From a virus, in the IMG/VR virus record IMGVR_UViG_3300042090_001664, positions 50,333 through 82,332 of that record: DNA of 32,000 bases. One strand, 5' to 3'. The notes below the pieces were generated by a model, which worked only from the letters and a program-made list of their open reading frames with translations, did not search any database and was not told the DNA's origin. Below are positions 13,971 through 22,144 of the stretch, piece after piece; position 1 is the stretch's first letter, and every line of letters starts with the position of its first letter. A program made the translations under genes and the position numbers.

Positions 13971-15394
13971 CCCTGCGTTCGGTTCAAGGCGGGAACTACA
14001 AGCCCGCGTCGGTGGCGGGTCGCGTGCCACCCATGGACCTCATGGCCGAAGCCGCGGTGCTCTCGGCCGCGATTCTCGACGAGACGCAGATCGGTCGCAT
14101 CGTCGAAACGCTCGGGCCAGAGCACTTCTACTCGGACGCTAACGGGCGGATCTTCGAGGTGGTCCGCGACCTGTCGACGGCCGGTGTTGCGATCAACCTG
14201 GTCACGGTCGTCAGCAAGCTCCGCGACCAGGACCGGCTGCGTCAAGTCGGTGGTGCGGCCTACCTCACCGAGCTGCTCGACGCGGCGCCCGTGGTGGATG
14301 CGAAGAGCGTCGCGGCGTACGTCAAGATCGTCTACCAGAAGTGGCGCCTCCGGACCCTCATCGCGAAGTGCCAGCGAATCGCCGCCGAGGGTTACGGCGA
14401 TGTCGGCGACGAGGACGAGTTCGTCGACACCGCAGCGGCGGACATCGTCGATGTGCAGCGCGCGAAGGTCGTCGCCGAGGGCTGCATGGTGGGCGAGGTC
14501 GTCGACCAGATCGTAGCCCAGATCAACGGCACCCCGGCGAGCCCTTCTCGGGTGTCGGTCAAGACGGGCCTATCGACGCTCGACAAGTTGTGCGGCGGGC
14601 TGAAGGCGCCCCAGGTGACCCTGCTCGGCGCGCCGCCTGGCACCGGCAAGAGCACGCTCCTCCGCGACGTCTGCGTCAACGTCGCGCGCGACACCGTGAC
14701 CGTCGATGGGAAGACCGTCGCCCAGGGTTCGGCGATCTTCTCGCTCGAGATGGACACGGCGGAGATCGCACTCGCGATGGCGTGCACCTACGCGCGGGTC
14801 GACTACCAGCGCTTCGAGACGAACGATGCGACGTCCGACGAGTACGCCCGCATCTGGGCCGCGCTCGCGTGGGTCCGCGATCTGCCGATCGTGGTCTACG
14901 GAAACAGGGACATGAAGGTTCACGCGCTGCCGACGCTCATCGAGGACGCCAAGCTCAGATTGCGGTGGAAGGGCGCCGCGCTGCGCCTCGTGTGCATCGA
15001 CCACCTCGGGCTCCTCGTCGACAACGAGCCAGAGGCGAAGAACAAGATGGAGTCGTCGACCTACGCCCACGTGTCCCGCTACATCGGCACCGTGGCGGTC
15101 GCGAAGCAGGTGCCGATCCTGCTGCTCACGCAGCTCACGCAGAAGGAAGACGGCAAGCAGTTCGCGCGCGGGTCCAGGGACGTGGAGGCGAACGCGGACA
15201 ACTTCTGGCTGCTCAAGGTCGACGAGAAGAAGTGCGCGCCAGGCGGTTCCCGCGAATCCACGAAGACGCCGCGCGAGGCCTCGGTTACCATCAAGAAGCA
15301 GCGGAAGGGCCCGAAGAACGTCTCGGCGTTCTTGTGGTTCACGCCAGCGTTCACGCACTTCAGCGATTCCCTCTACGACGCGGAGACGACCTGA
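13967..15394 (+). CDS. dnaB: DnaB-family replicative DNA helicase
   Basis: Track ORF with ATGA overlap to the upstream gene. Has a DnaB N-terminal pattern (AEAAVLSAAILD...HFYSDANGRIFEVV) and Walker A GAPPGTGKST. Typical length, with no intein-sized insert. Confidence 0.92.
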   Translation: MTLRSVQGGNYKPASVAGRVPPMDLMAEAAVLSAAILDETQIGRIVETLGPEHFYSDANGRIFEVVRDLSTAGVAINLVTVVSKLRDQDRLRQVGGAAYLTELLDAAPVVDAKSVAAYVKIVYQKWRLRTLIAKCQRIAAEGYGDVGDEDEFVDTAAADIVDVQRAKVVAEGCMVGEVVDQIVAQINGTPASPSRVSVKTGLSTLDKLCGGLKAPQVTLLGAPPGTGKSTLLRDVCVNVARDTVTVDGKTVAQGSAIFSLEMDTAEIALAMACTYARVDYQRFETNDATSDEYARIWAALAWVRDLPIVVYGNRDMKVHALPTLIEDAKLRLRWKGAALRLVCIDHLGLLVDNEPEAKNKMESSTYAHVSRYIGTVAVAKQVPILLLTQLTQKEDGKQFARGSRDVEANADNFWLLKVDEKKCAPGGSRESTKTPREASVTIKKQRKGPKNVSAFLWFTPAFTHFSDSLYDAETT

Positions 15395-15723
15395 TGACGA
15401 TCCACTTCAAGTGCACCGGCGGCTGCGGGCAGCGCGTGGCCGACGCCAACGTGATGGTCAACCGCGACTTCGCCGAAGCCAGCGTGCTGTTCGCTCGCGT
15501 CGTGTGCAAGGTGTGTACGAACCGCCTGGACGCGTCCGGAAGCGGACAGACCATGCAGAACCTGTGGGAGGTCGGCTGGGTCGCGCGCCGCCCGCTGCGG
15601 CTCATGTTCGACGTGTTCGCAAGCCAGGGTCGGTATCATTGGGCAACAACCGCGATCGACGACCTATGGCGCATCATGCAGGAGGCGCACCCGGATCTGT
15701 GCAAAGGCACGTCGCAGTCGTGA
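15394..15723 (+). CDS. Small zinc-ribbon-like protein (109 aa)
   Basis: ATG at 15394 overlaps the upstream TGA by 1 nt; tail of track ORF 14341..15723. Contains CTGGC...CKVC Cys pairs. Confidence 0.6.
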   Translation: MTIHFKCTGGCGQRVADANVMVNRDFAEASVLFARVVCKVCTNRLDASGSGQTMQNLWEVGWVARRPLRLMFDVFASQGRYHWATTAIDDLWRIMQEAHPDLCKGTSQS

Positions 15724-16400
15724 CCGACCACCACCTCACCGCCGCCGAGCTCGCCGCGAACCCGTGGGCATCGTGCGGGCCGGCGTCGCTCGCGGCGCTC
15801 CTCGGGCGGCCGCTCGGCGAGCTCCGGCACGCATTCCCGCACCAGAACGAAGGCTCGACCTGGACGACCCTCGCGATGATGGAGCGCGCGCTGGCGCGGC
15901 TCAGCGTCAAGTACGAGCGCACCGTTCCGGACGTGGAGGTGGTCTCGGTCGGCGGGTACGCCGCGAACGCGAGGAAGTGGCCGCGCCACGGACTCGTCGT
16001 CGTGCAGTTCGTCGGCTCGTGGAGCTCGATGCCGTTCTCGCACCCGGCGCAGCTCGCGCGCACGCACTTCATCGCCGTGAAGCCGCCTGCGCCACCACCC
16101 GAAGCGAGTTCGGTCCTGCGGATGATGAGCGAAGCCGCGCGCAACGTCGGCGACGTTCTCGCGCCAGAGGTCGCCGCGTCGATGAGGGCGAGCACGGTCG
16201 TTCGCTCGATGCCCGGAGAGCCCGTGAGCGCGAGCGTCTTCGACATTAACCTGGTCGACGACGAGGCCGCGCCAGACATGCACGGGTGGACGATGCGTCG
16301 GGCGTGGGAGAAGCACTGCGCGCCGTTCCTGGCGTCCGGGTACGGCAAGCGCGCCACCGGCGAGTGGTGGGTGCGGATGGGGCTGGAGGTCGCACGATGA
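15720..16400 (+). CDS. Hypothetical protein, possible papain-like (C39-like) cysteine peptidase
   Basis: GTG at 15720 (GTGA overlap); tail of track ORF 15411..16400. N-terminal ANPWASCGPASLAALLGRP resembles the C39 catalytic-Cys motif, and a later THFIAV could supply the His. Functional call is weak. Confidence 0.55.
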   Translation: MTDHHLTAAELAANPWASCGPASLAALLGRPLGELRHAFPHQNEGSTWTTLAMMERALARLSVKYERTVPDVEVVSVGGYAANARKWPRHGLVVVQFVGSWSSMPFSHPAQLARTHFIAVKPPAPPPEASSVLRMMSEAARNVGDVLAPEVAASMRASTVVRSMPGEPVSASVFDINLVDDEAAPDMHGWTMRRAWEKHCAPFLASGYGKRATGEWWVRMGLEVAR

Positions 16401-16840
16401 TCCGTCTGCTCGGTTGTGGGTCGCGCACGTGGTCAGACCGCGCGCGCGTGCGGCTCGAAGTAGCCCAGCTCGCGCCTGACGTGCTCCTGCACGGGGCCGC
16501 GCGGGGCGCTGACACGCTCCTCGCCGAGGAGGCGCTCGCCTGGGCGCTCGCCGCCGGCCGCGCGCTCGAGGTGGTCGCCTTCCCCGCGCGGTGGGAGGAC
16601 CACGGGATGCGCGCGGGCCCGGTGCGCAACGCGGTCATGCTGCGGGATGGAAAGCCCACGAGGGGCTTGGCCTTTGGGGCCCTATGGCGCGAGAAGGAGG
16701 GCGAGATCCGTCGGTCCGGCACCGGCGACATGGTCTCGAAGATGCTCTGGGAGAAGCTGCCGGTGCGGTGGATCCAGCACCCGCACGCGCCGGCGGAGGA
16801 CCTCGTCGCGATGCCGGCGCCGCCGAGGTCGCTTCGATGA
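16397..16840 (+). CDS. DUF2493 / SLOG-family (YspA-like) protein
   Basis: ATG at 16397 (ATGA overlap). Pattern GCGSRTWSD...LLHGAARGADTLLAEEA...FPARWEDHGMRAGPVRNAVML...GTGDMV matches DUF2493. Confidence 0.75.
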   Translation: MIRLLGCGSRTWSDRARVRLEVAQLAPDVLLHGAARGADTLLAEEALAWALAAGRALEVVAFPARWEDHGMRAGPVRNAVMLRDGKPTRGLAFGALWREKEGEIRRSGTGDMVSKMLWEKLPVRWIQHPHAPAEDLVAMPAPPRSLR

Positions 16841-17202
16841 AGCCGACGACCCCGCTCGACCGCGTCGTCGCGAGCCTGCGCTCGAGGCGGTTCACGCGCT
16901 TCCGCGACGAGGCAGAGCTCCAGCGCCTCATGGCTGGCGTGTTCGCCGAGGACGGCATCGCCGCGCTTCGCGAGCACGCCCTCAGCGCCAAGGACCGCCC
17001 CGACTTCTACTTTGAGGGCGTGGCGGTCGAGGTGAAGATCGGGGGGTCGACGACCTCTCTGGCGCGTCAACTTTTCAGGTACGCGGAGGTCGAATCCGTC
17101 ACCGCGTTGGTGCTAGTCTCCACGCGGGCGAGGCACACGACGATGCCGACAACGATGGTCGGCAAGCCGGTCGTGAATGTGCACGTCGGAGGGTTCGTGT
17201 GA
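16837..17202 (+). CDS. Hypothetical protein, possible PD-(D/E)xK nuclease fold
   Basis: ATG at 16837 (ATGA overlap). [15 protein letters not shown] is consistent with a D...ExK motif. Functional call is weak. Confidence 0.55.
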   Translation: MKPTTPLDRVVASLRSRRFTRFRDEAELQRLMAGVFAEDGIAALREHALSAKDRPDFYFEGVAVEVKIGGSTTSLARQLFRYAEVESVTALVLVSTRARHTTMPTTMVGKPVVNVHVGGFV

Positions 17203-18110
17203 GGTTCACCTGGACGATCTACGCGCTGGCGGAGCCGCTGCCGCTCGCGACCGCGGGCGATGTGCGGTACGTAGGCTTCACCACGAAGACGCCGGAGCAT
17301 CGGCTTCGTGAGCACCGCTACAACGCAACATCCGACGCGGTCGGCTACAAGCAGCTACACGCGCGAAGGAACCGCTGGCAGCGCAAGCTCTACCAGATGG
17401 GAGTGGCGCCCGCGCAGACCGTCCTTGAGTCCGGCACGTGGGAAGGCGATGACCCGGACGAGTTTCGCGCGGTGTGGGCGCCAGCCGAGCGGCGCTGGGT
17501 CGCGCACTACCGCGCGCTCGGGGCCGACCTCACGAACATGACCGACGGCGGAGACGGGACGCCAGGACGGCACCACACGGAAGAGGCGAAGGCGAAGATC
17601 GCCGCGAACACGCGCGCGGCGCAGCTCGGCCGGAAGCACACGCCCGAGACGCGTGCGAAGATGAGCGAATCGGCGCGGCGAAGGCAAGCAGCGCCAGAGG
17701 TCCGCGCTGCGATGAGCGAGAGCCTGCGAAAGCGCGTTTTCACTGCTGAAGCCGTTGAGAGGATGCGGGAGAACGGGCGCAGGAGCGGGCATTCGCCAGA
17801 GGCGCTCGAAAAGCGAGCGGCGCAGATCCGCGGCCGAAAGGCGACGGCCGAGACGCGGGCGAAGCTTTGCGCCGCGGCGCAAATGCGTATCGCTCGGCCA
17901 GGGGCGTTGGACATGCAGCGAGCCAGCCTGCGCGCGGGCAAGCACGTCAAGCTCAACGCCGAAAAGGTTCGCGAGATCCGCGCAGCGGTCGCCGGTGGCG
18001 AGTCCCAATCGTCCGTGGCTGTCCGGTATGGGCTCCACAGTGCTTCGGTCTGCAACATCGTCAAGCGCAAGACGTGGCGTGACGTCCAGGACGAGGTCGT
18101 GGTGGCATGA
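17199..18110 (+). CDS. GIY-YIG homing endonuclease with NUMOD3 repeats and C-terminal HTH
   Basis: Track ORF. Has the IYAL...VRYVGFT...RLREH GIY-YIG module. Repeated [12 protein letters not shown] / [13 protein letters not shown] are NUMOD3-type motifs. C-terminal [25 protein letters not shown] is HTH-like. Confidence 0.85.
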   Translation: MRFTWTIYALAEPLPLATAGDVRYVGFTTKTPEHRLREHRYNATSDAVGYKQLHARRNRWQRKLYQMGVAPAQTVLESGTWEGDDPDEFRAVWAPAERRWVAHYRALGADLTNMTDGGDGTPGRHHTEEAKAKIAANTRAAQLGRKHTPETRAKMSESARRRQAAPEVRAAMSESLRKRVFTAEAVERMRENGRRSGHSPEALEKRAAQIRGRKATAETRAKLCAAAQMRIARPGALDMQRASLRAGKHVKLNAEKVREIRAAVAGGESQSSVAVRYGLHSASVCNIVKRKTWRDVQDEVVVA

Positions 18111-20218
18111 GCGGGAAGGCGGTCATCGAGCCGGAGAAGAAGCGCTGGGCGATTACGGTCGATCCAGACGTCATGGTTGATCTGAAGCGAGTTTTCGCGA
18201 AAGCCGACAAGCGCGACATGGGGACCGTGTTCTTGAGCGACACGCCGGAGTGCGCACGGAGACTGCACTGGTTCAGCCAGCTTCACCCATTGGCCTTCGA
18301 GCCGGAGAGCTACCTGCTTGAACGGAAGGCCGAGTACGAAGAGCAGTGCTCCACGGTCGACCGCATCCTCGCGGCTGGCTACTCGCCGCCGAAGTTCGAG
18401 ATGGCGATGCACCCGCGGCCCTACCAAGCTCAGGCCGGCGCGCTCTGTCTCGCGAGCGGTGCGCTCCTGCTCGGGGACGCAACCGGGGTGGGGAAGACCC
18501 TCAGCGCGTTCACCATCCTGACCGACCCGCGCGCGCTGCCCGCGCTGTACGTCACGCTGACCGCGCTGCCGTGGCAGGTCGAGAAGATGCTCAAGCGCGC
18601 CATCCCGGGCCTGCGCACGCACATCATCAAGAAGGGCACGCCGTACGACCTCGGCAGGATGCCAGACGTGGTCATCACGTCATGGTCGAAGCTCAAGTCT
18701 GACTGGGCGTCGTGGTGGGGGAAGGTTGGCGCGGAAGGCGGCCTCGGCGCGGTCATCTTCGACGAGATGCAGGAGCTACGGCACCCTGACACCGAGCGCT
18801 ACAAGGCCGCGAGCCACGTCGCCAAACATGCGAGGTTCAAGCTCGGGTTGAGCGCGACACCCGTGTACGGGGCCGGCTCCCAAATCTTCAACCTAGTCGA
18901 GGTGCTCAGGCCAGGGGCGCTCGGCACGTGGGAGGAGTTCTGCCGCGAATTTTGTGGCACGTCAGGCGGCGAGAAGCCCGCGGTCAAGGACCCTGGCGCG
19001 CTCGGGCTCCACCTTCGGAAGATGGGCCTGATGCTCGCGCGCTCGAGGGCCGATGTCGGGCGCGAGCTACCGAAGATCCAGCGGATTATTTTGCCAATCG
19101 AGATGGACGAGGAGCCTCTCAAGAACGTGGCCGGTCGCGCGGCCGAGCTCGCCCGCATCGTGCTCCGCGTTGGCGGCGACGGCCTGTCCAAGATGAAGGC
19201 ATCGGGGGAGATCGACATGCTCCTCCGGCAAGCAACGGGCATCGGGAAAGCGAAAGCGGTCGGCGAGTTCGTCGCCATGCTGGTCGAGTCCGGGGAGCAG
19301 GTCGTCGTCTACTGCTGGCATCGCGAAGTCTACCGAATCCTCAATGAGCGCCTGAAGCAGTGGTCGCCGGCGATGTACACGGGCAGCGAGAGCCAGCCGC
19401 AGAAGCGTGAGGCGAAGCGCCGGTTCTGCGACCGCGATGCGCCCGACCACACGCCGATCCTGCTGATGTCCCTTCGGAGCGCGCAGGGCCTCGACGAGCT
19501 TCAACACGTGTGCAGCGTGATCGTAGTGGCAGAGCTAGATTTTGCCCACGCCGTGCTCCTTCAGGCGGAAGGTCGGATCGATCGCGACGGGCAGACGCGG
19601 CCGGTCGTGGCGTACTACCCGATCGCGTCGAGCGGGAGCGATCCAGAGATCATCGACCTCCTAGGCTTCAAGAAGGCCCAGCTCGATGGGCTCATGCGCC
19701 CTGGTGAGGACGGCGTCGAGAAGGCGCCCGACCAGACCGCGATCATCGAGCGCGTGAAGCGGCTCGCGGCTGGGCACCTCGCGCGGCACGACCCGGCGAG
19801 CCTCAAAATGATCGACGGCGCCAGCGACTACCTCGTGAAGCCCGAAGATGAGGACATCGAGGACAACGCGCCGCGGTTCGTGCCGCCGCCCGAGGTCCGC
19901 GCCGCGCGCGTCGAGGCGCGGCCGGCGCTCGCCGCGCTCCCGTGGCTCGTGGACCCGACCGCGGACGACGACGAAGGAACCGACGTCACCGACGAGCTCG
20001 AAGAGGCGGGGTTCCCGTTGCACTACTGGTTCGATGACCCAGGCGGCGGGAAGGTGATGCTCCGCCGGTACGACAATGAGGACGGGACCGGCGCGAAAAT
20101 CTGGTGGTATGACCTGCCCCCAGAGGAGCCCCCTCCACCACCCCCGCCGCCGGCGCACAGGGTCGTCCGCCGCGACGGCACCCGCGTTGCCCGCATCATC
20201 GAAGGAGCCAGCGAATGA
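18107..20218 (+). CDS. SNF2/RAD54-family helicase
   Basis: Track ORF. Motifs: RPYQ; motif [10 protein letters not shown]; motif [10 protein letters not shown] (DExx); motif III LSATP; motif [13 protein letters not shown]. Confidence 0.92.
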   Translation: MSGKAVIEPEKKRWAITVDPDVMVDLKRVFAKADKRDMGTVFLSDTPECARRLHWFSQLHPLAFEPESYLLERKAEYEEQCSTVDRILAAGYSPPKFEMAMHPRPYQAQAGALCLASGALLLGDATGVGKTLSAFTILTDPRALPALYVTLTALPWQVEKMLKRAIPGLRTHIIKKGTPYDLGRMPDVVITSWSKLKSDWASWWGKVGAEGGLGAVIFDEMQELRHPDTERYKAASHVAKHARFKLGLSATPVYGAGSQIFNLVEVLRPGALGTWEEFCREFCGTSGGEKPAVKDPGALGLHLRKMGLMLARSRADVGRELPKIQRIILPIEMDEEPLKNVAGRAAELARIVLRVGGDGLSKMKASGEIDMLLRQATGIGKAKAVGEFVAMLVESGEQVVVYCWHREVYRILNERLKQWSPAMYTGSESQPQKREAKRRFCDRDAPDHTPILLMSLRSAQGLDELQHVCSVIVVAELDFAHAVLLQAEGRIDRDGQTRPVVAYYPIASSGSDPEIIDLLGFKKAQLDGLMRPGEDGVEKAPDQTAIIERVKRLAAGHLARHDPASLKMIDGASDYLVKPEDEDIEDNAPRFVPPPEVRAARVEARPALAALPWLVDPTADDDEGTDVTDELEEAGFPLHYWFDDPGGGKVMLRRYDNEDGTGAKIWWYDLPPEEPPPPPPPPAHRVVRRDGTRVARIIEGASE

Positions 20219-20895
20219 GCCACTGCCCGCAGTGCACCGACGCGGTCGACCTCTTGCCGTGCGCGACGGACGAGCACCCCGAAGACGGCCTCTACTGCCC
20301 GCGGTGCGGTAGTCCTTTCGTGCGCGGTGGGCCGCACCAGCCTCGCCCGCGCGAGCCGGAGCGGGTGAGCGCGCGCGGCGACGTGACCGGCTACCCGTTC
20401 GCCCTCCACGTCGAGCCGGACGGCCTGGTGCTGCTCACGATGGACCCGGGGCCGGGACAGCAGCGCCTGACCTGGCGCGGCACGCCGGAGGACCTATCGA
20501 GGCTCGCGCGCGCCGCGGTGCACATCCGCCACGAGGCGAAGGCGATTCAGGACCGGCTGCGCGGCGCCAATCGCTGGGCGTTCCGGCGCGACGCTGGCGG
20601 CTTCTTCGCGCGGATCTACGACAGCGAGGCGCGGCTCGTCACCTGGACATCGGGCGGCCGGCGCACGACCGCCGCCCATAACATCGGTCGCTCGCCGCAG
20701 AAGTGCGACTCGTGCCGCGCGGAGCTCCCCCGTGGCAGGCAAGGCTTCCGGCCGCTCGCGACCCCGCAGGGCGCCATGGGCAGCTGGGACGAGGTGCGGT
20801 TCTGCGCCGCGTGCGTGAGCACGGCGCCGATGCCGACCGCGCGGCCCGCGCTGGTCGCGATCGACGGCGGCCGCACGAAGGCGAGGCGGGCGTGA
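20215..20895 (+). CDS. Hypothetical protein with N- and C-terminal zinc-ribbon-like Cys pairs
   Basis: Track ORF with ATGA overlap. Cys pairs CPQC...CPRC and CDSC...CAAC. Confidence 0.7.
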   Translation: MSHCPQCTDAVDLLPCATDEHPEDGLYCPRCGSPFVRGGPHQPRPREPERVSARGDVTGYPFALHVEPDGLVLLTMDPGPGQQRLTWRGTPEDLSRLARAAVHIRHEAKAIQDRLRGANRWAFRRDAGGFFARIYDSEARLVTWTSGGRRTTAAHNIGRSPQKCDSCRAELPRGRQGFRPLATPQGAMGSWDEVRFCAACVSTAPMPTARPALVAIDGGRTKARRA

Positions 20896-21245
20896 GCCTC
20901 TGGGTCGTCCATCACGGCGACAACGCCGACGTGCTTCCAACGATCGCGGACGAGAGCATCGACGCCATCGTCACCGATCCGCCGGCCGGGATCGCGTTCA
21001 TGGGGAAGGCTTGGGACCGCGCGACCCGCCAGACGTTCGTCGTCACGATGACGGCGACCTTCACCGAGTGCCTTCGCGTGATGAAACCGGGCGCGCACGC
21101 GCTCGTGTGGGCGTTCCCGGTTCATCGGCATCGAGCGCGAGGCCGTCCACGTCGAGGAAGCCCGGGCTCGATGCGCGCAGGCGGAACGCGACCTACGCGA
21201 GGAGCGGAACGGGCAAGCCCGCTCTTCGGAAGGCTGGGCACGTGA
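20892..21245 (+). pseudogene. Internally deleted beta-class (N4/N6) DNA methyltransferase remnant
   Basis: From GTG 20892 the frame gives ...SIDAIVTDPPAGIAFMGKAW...RVMKPGAHALVWAFP (motif IV region), then degenerates. From 21121 a different frame reads FIGIEREAVHVEEARARC, the usual C-terminal motif of this family. The central ~150 aa, including SAM-binding FxGxG, are missing. Confidence 0.6.
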
Positions 21246-21910
21246 CCCGTCGCGCGCTCGGCCGCGCCGGCACCAACCTCGCGGCGTGGGGCTGGTACGC
21301 GCTGATGATGGTCCCGGTCGCCTCCGTGCCCGGCGGCAGCTTCCCGAGCCTCGTCCAGCGTCCTGGCCCGGGGCGCGTGTTCTGGGCTGCGTGGTGGACC
21401 TCGGACCCGCGCCGGTACGATGTCGAGCCCGACGACTACGGGTTCGTCGAGGGGCCACGCGCCACCGGGGACGCGGTCGGGGCCGCCTACGACTCGCTCC
21501 GCAAGGGGCGCGGCCGCGCGGTCTACGATGTGTGCGTCGGCGAACTGCTCGCGCGTCGCGCCTACCGCGCCGGAGCTCCACAGCGCCGTGCGGTCGGGCA
21601 GGACTTCGAGGTAGTCGCGCGCGGGTGGCTCGAGGAGCAGGGCCTCGACCCCTTGACCGTCACCAGCCGGCAGGTTCGCGCCGCTTGGCGCAAGCTCGTG
21701 ACAGCGGTGCACCCCGACCGCGCCGCGGGGAGCTCGGTCGACATGGATGCGATGCGCAAGCAGTACCAGGCGGCGCTCGCGGTCGTGCAGGCGCGTGAGC
21801 AGGCGACCGTGCGCACGGAGATCGCCATGGGGCGCGCGCCGGCACGCAAGGTCCGGAAGCCGCGGAAGCGGAAGGGCGAGCAGGGCGCCGCCGACCTCGG
21901 AATCGGGTAG
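21242..21910 (+). CDS. J-domain-like protein (222 aa)
   Basis: GTG at 21242 (GTGA overlap) within track ORF 21011..21910. DPLTVTSRQVRAAWRKLVTAVHPDRAAGSSVDMDAMRKQYQAAL carries the HPD motif in a J-domain-like context. Basic C-terminal tail. Confidence 0.7.
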   Translation: MTRRALGRAGTNLAAWGWYALMMVPVASVPGGSFPSLVQRPGPGRVFWAAWWTSDPRRYDVEPDDYGFVEGPRATGDAVGAAYDSLRKGRGRAVYDVCVGELLARRAYRAGAPQRRAVGQDFEVVARGWLEEQGLDPLTVTSRQVRAAWRKLVTAVHPDRAAGSSVDMDAMRKQYQAALAVVQAREQATVRTEIAMGRAPARKVRKPRKRKGEQGAADLGIG

Positions 21911-21958
21911 TACCGCCAGCGTGCGCCGTGGTAGCCTCCTGGCTCCCGCGCAGGGCGA

Positions 21959-21984
21959 CCGCGGACGCCGCGGCGCATTTCTCT
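21959..21984 (+). terminator. Candidate intrinsic terminator
   Basis: ccgcgg-acg-ccgcgg (6-bp GC stem) is followed by cgcatttctct. The U-tract is weak. Confidence 0.3.
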
Positions 21985-22003
21985 GAGGGGGACAGGGACG
22001 GCC

Positions 22004-22144
22004 ATGAACGCTTCACTTAGCGAGTGGGAAGCGCTAACTGAAAACGACAGCTTCAAAGGTCGCATTCTTTTGGGCTTCAGACTAGGACCAGCGGGCCCAA
22101 GTGAGTACGAGTTCAGAAGGCAAGTGCCAGGGCAACCATCATGA
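22004..22144 (+). CDS. Possible small ORF (46 aa) in a low-GC island
   Basis: ATG at 22004 with gaggggga/aggga upstream. Its stop overlaps the next ATG (ATGA). GC3 is atypically low for this window. Confidence 0.3.
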   Translation: MNASLSEWEALTENDSFKGRILLGFRLGPAGPSEYEFRRQVPGQPS

